Source: the human T2T-CHM13v2.0 reference genome, Homo sapiens
Assembly (NCBI RefSeq): GCF_009914755.1
Contig: NC_060943.1
Direction: 5' to 3' (one strand)
Length of the DNA: 64,000 nt
The notes beneath the pieces are model-generated. The model was not told the DNA's origin, searched no databases, and saw only the letters and a list, made by a program, of their open reading frames with translations. The position numbers and the translations under genes are program-made. Below are positions 50,381 through 64,000 of the stretch, in pieces. Position 1 is the first letter of the stretch. The number at the start of each line of letters is the position of its first letter.

Positions 50381-50972
50381 TCAGGAGGCTGAGGTGGGAG
50401 AATGGTTTGAGCCCAGGAGGTCAAGGCTGCAGTAAGCCCAGATCGCACAACTGCACTCTAGCCTGGGAGACAGAGCAAAAACGTGACTCCAAAAATAATA
50501 AAAAATAAATCTTACAAAAATTTAAAAACAAACAGGAAATTAGAGTTTTAATAATTTTGGTTTGGGGATACATAAAACATTTATACAATGCTTTAAATTC
50601 TAATACACTTTCCAATTTTTCAGTATTTTTTCAACTAATGCTCTGGGAGGATAAGCGTGTTGTACGTGGTCAATAAATATTTGAGTAAATGGATCTGTAT
50701 TTTCTTGCATACCATAAATTATTCGGATTATAAGAGGGTAAATTTATTTCATGTTATATGTGTGGGATTACAGAGCCACGCAGTTTTTACTGCGTCTCCT
50801 TTCTCCCCCTAGTAGAGACAAATGATACCACAGGGATAACAGAACGGCAAGTGCAGTTTGATGATAGTAAGAAAAATCCCTGTTGTGGAGGTCACAGCTT
50901 TACCTACTTACCTTAAACACAGGAGTTTTCTGGCCAGGCGCGGTGGCTCACGCCTGTAATCCCAACACTTTA

Positions 50973-51257
<285 letters not shown>

Positions 51258-51429
51258 CTAAGGCGACTATATCTTATTTATTTATTTATTGACCTTTTTC
51301 CAGTACAAGTTTAATATTCATTAGAGGAGTTTTTTTCATGTGATGGGGGAGAATGGCGGCAAGTAGTAGGATCTGCTGAAGGCAGGAGCTTCACTGTGAT
51401 GATGGCGCCCCACACCTCGGGTTTCCTGC

Positions 51430-52375
51430 AGCCCAGGATCTGATAGCCGGCCATGGTATCATCACATATTTTTTCAACAACGATGGGACATGGTCTGCCT
51501 CATCTCCCGGGGACACCAGGAGCGCTTTCCAGACTCCGGGTGATCGGGGAGCAGCTCCCAGTATGGCCTTAGTTAGCGTCTCCTCCTGGCCCATGTTAAT
51601 CCATAGGCGCCCCATGATGAGGGCTAGTGAGGGCCTCTCCCTGGAGTCAACGGCCAGAATTGTGTTTATGAGGCATTCTCGTTCTATGGAAACAAGGAAT
51701 GGGATCGCCTGTCACCATTCACACAGTATTAGTGTCGTCCTCAGCCCCACAAAAGTCTGCCCAACAGATGGCAGTCCTCGGCCACCATGGTGTAGACAGT
51801 GGCTCCCAGGCTCCACACGCCCACCAGGGTACATCGTACTTTTGTCCCGGGGAACAGTTCTGAGGCTGTATAAGAGGAGCTCCCACCGAAGGGGATCAGC
51901 TTTCAGCCTACGGTGAATCTGGTATCAAAGCCAGAGTCTGTTGTTTCCATGTCGTGCTGAGCCTCCTCAGGGAAGTTCTCTGACTTCAGATCCCTGTGGA
52001 TAATTTCCTTCTGGAAGCCTCACTGCATGGAATATCCTATTTGCTGGAACTTGCCTCAGGCCTCTTCCCCCTTCAAGAAGAATTCGAGGGTGAAGTCGGA
52101 TAGCTCTCCCGAGCTGGCTTAATCCATGACTAGGAACAGCCTGTTCTCGGTGCCAGCCACGTGGGTCTGATGATCTTCGGGTGATTAAGGGCCTTCATCA
52201 TATGGACCCTGCAGTACAGACCCTGGGGGCTGCAGGAGCCCTGCTGCCCTGTTGGGGTGACCTCCACAGCCATCTTGGTCCCAGTGAGAATGTGCTGGGC
52301 CAGCTGCCTTGACTTCTGCAAAGCTGCCCTGGCTGATGACCTTGAGGAGCCTATGATCATCAGTAAGGGACTCCT
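51430..52375 (-). pseudogene. Intronless disabled MARK/Par-1-family Ser/Thr kinase pseudogene, copy A (kinase domain plus UBA remnant)
   Basis: Fragments HRLLKVISQGSFAEVK, LAQHILTGTKMAV, MMKALNHPKII, IIHRDLK, VWSLG and DDTMAGYQILG parallel MARK motifs, with multiple stops and frameshifts. I recall a MARK1 pseudogene (FLJ25758) in this region, but this is unverified. Confidence 0.85.
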
Positions 52376-54455
52376 CGGAGGCAGAAGTGGTTCCAAGGCC
52401 CTGCAGCGTGGTGACCTCCCGGCTACACATCTCAGCTAGGAATGCCAACTGAGAATACTACCCCTACAAACTTTGCTAACCAGGAACACGAATGACACGG
52501 CTGGAGGTGTCTGCTGACATGTGAGGGTGGCCTCTGGTCACCTCCATGCCAGGGACAACGTTCGAGGCCAACTCTACCATGGCTGCACCCAGGAACCGGA
52601 TGATGTCATCAGGAATCATCTCTCCCGGCCTCTTGGCTCTGCTGACTTCCCTCTGAGTTGATGTCATTCTCAGGTGGGCTCTTCCTCCAACGTGGCAAGA
52701 TGGCACCCACAGCTCCAGCAGCCTAACGGAAATAGATCTTCTCCGCCCAGATGTTTCCAAGACAATGACCTGACCTTTGGCACTGAGTGTGTCACATGAG
52801 CAGGCCTTAGCCAATCACTGTGGACAAAGAAGATGGGATCAGCCCATTGGCCAGGTTGAGGTCATGTGGCCACTGTCTCTATGGAAACTTGGGAGATGCT
52901 TAACTGTTTTCAGTTGGGAGACTGTGGTGGCTGAGAGAGCAGGTTCAGGCTCGAAAGGTCACTACAACTGGATATGCAACTGCAGAAGAATGACTTTGGA
53001 CGCCTACCTCACAGGATATATAAAAAATGAATGAAACAACAGCTAACAAGGGGCCAGAAAGTGCTAGTCTCCTGGAGTGTATGATACACAAAAATCAGAT
53101 CAAAATCGATCAGTGTTATAAATGGAAACGTTGAAACTAGAAAGCTATTAGAAGCAAACAAAGGGTAATTTTTTATAACCCCATCTAAGGTCATGAAAAC
53201 CCATAGTGATTTTAGAGATGACACCAAATTACAAGCAAAAAACCAAAAAGTAGATACATTTCAGTTCACTATTTTGTACACTCTATGAGTTTTAACAAAT
53301 GTGTAATAACCTGTACCCATCATTATGTGTCATACAGAATGGTTTCGCTGCCCTGAAAATCCCCTGTACTCCACGGCCTTAGAGGTCTGGCGGTGTGAGC
53401 CTCGTTATTGATGTTTTGGGTGGTGGGCAATGTGTGATTTTGAGTTATTATCTTCTGCTTTAGGTCACAAAAGAGAGGAATTCCCCACCTAGCCCCAAGT
53501 TTTCATAAAACCATAAATAATGAAGGAACTCAAGTTTGCAGGTGAAGAAATGAATCGTCAGGATATATTGATCCGTGGGATTATCATAGTAAAAATAACT
53601 AAGAAATAAGGAAGGAGATCACATTTTAGAACCCAACAATGCAGCTTGAATTCTGCATGGATCTTGAGCTACTCATTTGGACTTTGTGAATTCAGTGTGA
53701 ATGTTGCTTCCCAGGCAATGGGGGACGCATGCACTTGCCGGTGCTCGTGCACACGGGATTGGCGTGCAGATGTGTGCGGGCCGCACAGGGGATGTTCTGC
53801 AGCTGCCCTGGGCCCTGGGTGTGTGAGGCTGCCCCTCTGCCATGTTGAACTTTAAAGGGTGTGATGCCGGAATGTTGTTGGCTGAGTCCGGACTGGCATG
53901 AGCCCTTCTGATCCTGTTACCTCACACCTTGCCTGGCATCATCCCAAAAGGCATTTGTGCAAATGGCTTATTGACACGGGCTTGGGACCAAATCCACCCA
54001 AGGGGAGGGGGTCCCTGGGGCCTTGCTATCTGTGGACTTGGATGAAATCATAGTGCCTGGGGGTGGAGAGGATGACCCTCAGATATGTTTTCCAACTCGT
54101 GTTTTTCTTCTAGATGCAGGACCCCAGATGCAGAGCCCCAGGGCATAGAGGATTCCAGATTCTTGCAGGGGACTGGAGGAGGCTCGGCTGAAAGGAGTCA
54201 GGGCTGCGAGGGTAGGGGACAGATTCGAGTAGTTTCTCCATTTCACAGCAATAATTACTGCCCCCCACCACACACACACACACACACACACACACATGCA
54301 CACACATGATATATGCATACACCTGTCTGTGCTGCAAGTTCCCCTTTTGCTCAGACTTAGGGTTTTGCAGACACTTCTAAGGAAACAAAGATGTTCCCTT
54401 TTATTTTTGTCTACTTGCTCCTGAAGCTTCCCCTCCATGTGTGCAATATGACTGA
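51478..54455. repeat. Left inner arm of the inverted duplication
   Basis: Reverse complement of 56095-59062; the mirrored ORFs 53646..53855(+) and 56683..56892(-) differ by one residue. Confidence 0.95.
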
Positions 54456-54519
54456 TGCCAACTGCTTTCTTTCTTTCTTTTTTCTTTTCTTCTCTCTCTC
54501 TCTCTCTTTTTTTTTTTGA

Positions 54520-54624
<105 letters not shown>

Positions 54625-55819
54625 TGAGTAGCTGGGATTACAGGTGCCCACCACCACACCAGGCTAATTTTTGTATTTTTAGTAGAGACAGGGTTTCACC
54701 ATGTTGGCCAAGCTGGTCTCGAACTCGTGACCTCAGGTGATCAACCCGCTTCGGCCTCCCAAAGTGCTGGGATTACAGGCATGCGCCACTGCGTCCAGCC
54801 TATTTTTTACATTTTAAATCAGGCAATTATAATATATCAAACATCTATATTCCAATCACCCAGAATGGAGAATTACTGAATTTGGTTATATTCACTTTGA
54901 GTCTTTTAAAAATAACATTTTACAAACAAGTAGTCTCCCGTTGGCTCCCCAGACAATCCAATTTCTCTTCTCCCTGTTTCCCAGAGCAGGCAAATATCAT
55001 TATTTATTCGGTGTATATACTTCTATTCTGAATTTCATACACATACATTATATACATCCAAATACATATTAATAACATTTAAGCATGTATTAATATACAA
55101 AACACATATATCCGTTAACATTACCTAGGATTGTTTAGTGCATTTACATTTTTACATATATACAAAATACGTATACTTATTATGTTTGATTCTATTTTTT
55201 GGTTAACTTGTTCTTTAAAGATGAATCTAGCTGGGCCCGAGGCAGGCAGATCACCTGAAGTCAGGAGTTCGAGACCAGTCTGGCCAACATGGTGAAACCC
55301 TGTCTCTACTAAAAATACAAAATTAGCCGGGTATGGTGGTGGGCGCCTGTAATCTCAGCTACTCGGGAGGCTGAGGCAGGAGAATTGCTTGAACCCAGGA
55401 GGCAGAGGTTGCAGAGAGCCAAGATGTGCCACTGCACTCCAGCCTGGGAGACAGAGCAAAACCATGTTAAAAAAAAAAAAAAAGAATCCTCTGGTCTTGG
55501 GAATCTAATGCCCTATATTATAATTCATAGCCAGACACAGAGTAATTACTTGTTTGCACCCAGCGTTCTAACCACAGGAAGGGAATGGGGGAAGTGGGTT
55601 TTTGCAAGAACCTGCTTTGAGGTGCACACCTCCACAGAGCTAAGCAATCTAGTCTGGGAGATAATACTCATACGTGTCCAGGAAATGAGGAACAACCAGA
55701 TAGCACATAATTAAAACACCATATTTTATGATGCAGATCATTTAAGAAATGTGGGAGGCTGGATGCAGTGGCTCATGCCTGTAATCCCAGCACTTTGGGA
55801 GGCTGAGGCGAGTGGATCA

Positions 55820-59062
<3,243 letters not shown>

Positions 59063-59334
59063 AGGAACAAAAATGTAGGAACAAAAATTTTTAGTAGAGA
59101 CGGGGTTTCTCCATTTTGGTCAGGGTGGTCTCGAACTCCTGACCACAGGTGATCCACTCGCCTCGGCCTCCCAAAGTGCTGGGATTACAGGCGTGAACCA
59201 CTGCGCCCGGCCCACAACATGGATTTTTCTTACTATAAACATCAAGCTACACTTGCCACAGTCTTTTACCGCTGTGGTCTCATTTGTCTCCACCAGAGGG
59301 AGAAAGGAGACTCAATAAAAACTGCATGGTTCTC

Positions 59335-59703
<369 letters not shown>

Positions 59704-59837
59704 TTATAATCTGAGTGATTTATGATGTCCAAAAAAATAGATTCTTTCACTCAAGAAGTATTTATTGACCACCGACAACATGCCGTTTCCCCAGAACATT
59801 AAGGCAGTTCAAAAAATATTGAAAAATGGAAAAGTAA

Positions 59838-60119
<282 letters not shown>

Positions 60120-60361
60120 TGAGAAACAATTCCTTTTACATGACTGACAAAGGAGGAAATGATGTTTGTGTTTTGTGTTTCAGTTCCACATGTTGGTCAA
60201 AGAATAGATAATCTAAGATAGTGTTACTCACTCATCTTGTGGTTGGAAGTTGGCAACCAGAGTGATGAATTGTTGACTGCCAAGCCTTGTTTCTCTCCCA
60301 CGTGGCCTCTTACACTCCAGCAGGTCAGCACTTTTTGACATCCAGTTAATTGTTGTTTCAT

Positions 60362-64000
<3,639 letters not shown>

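Overview
Primate DNA, almost certainly human: it is Alu-dense and carries the EMR4 frameshift that I recall as human-specific. From recall, the locus is 19p13. (1) Bases 1-35790 hold the minus-strand adhesion-GPCR (EGF-TM7) unitary pseudogene ADGRE4P/EMR4P. I reconstructed 14 complete exons and the start of a 15th, all with canonical GT-AG sites: signal peptide, two EGF domains, GAIN/GPS and 7TM. The only lesion found is a 1-nt deletion in exon 8, giving a TGA at 19941-19943 and a predicted 232-aa soluble product. Several in-frame bypass routes are visible. (2) A ~1.85-kb GGT/GAT repeat with a 30-bp unit and a 342-bp higher-order period lies upstream (40138-41960), and a degenerate sister repeat sits in intron 14. 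(3) An inverted duplication centred near 55270 carries two divergent, intronless, disabled MARK-family kinase pseudogenes. Its inner arms are near-identical, while diverged homology extends out to ~45.8 kb and ~60.4 kb, suggesting an old palindrome homogenised by gene conversion. (4) The rest is mostly Alu, L1, MLT/MER and DNA-transposon relics, including a twin-primed L1 with a 3' transduction and a MADE1 hairpin. All coordinates were read by eye and no database searches were run.
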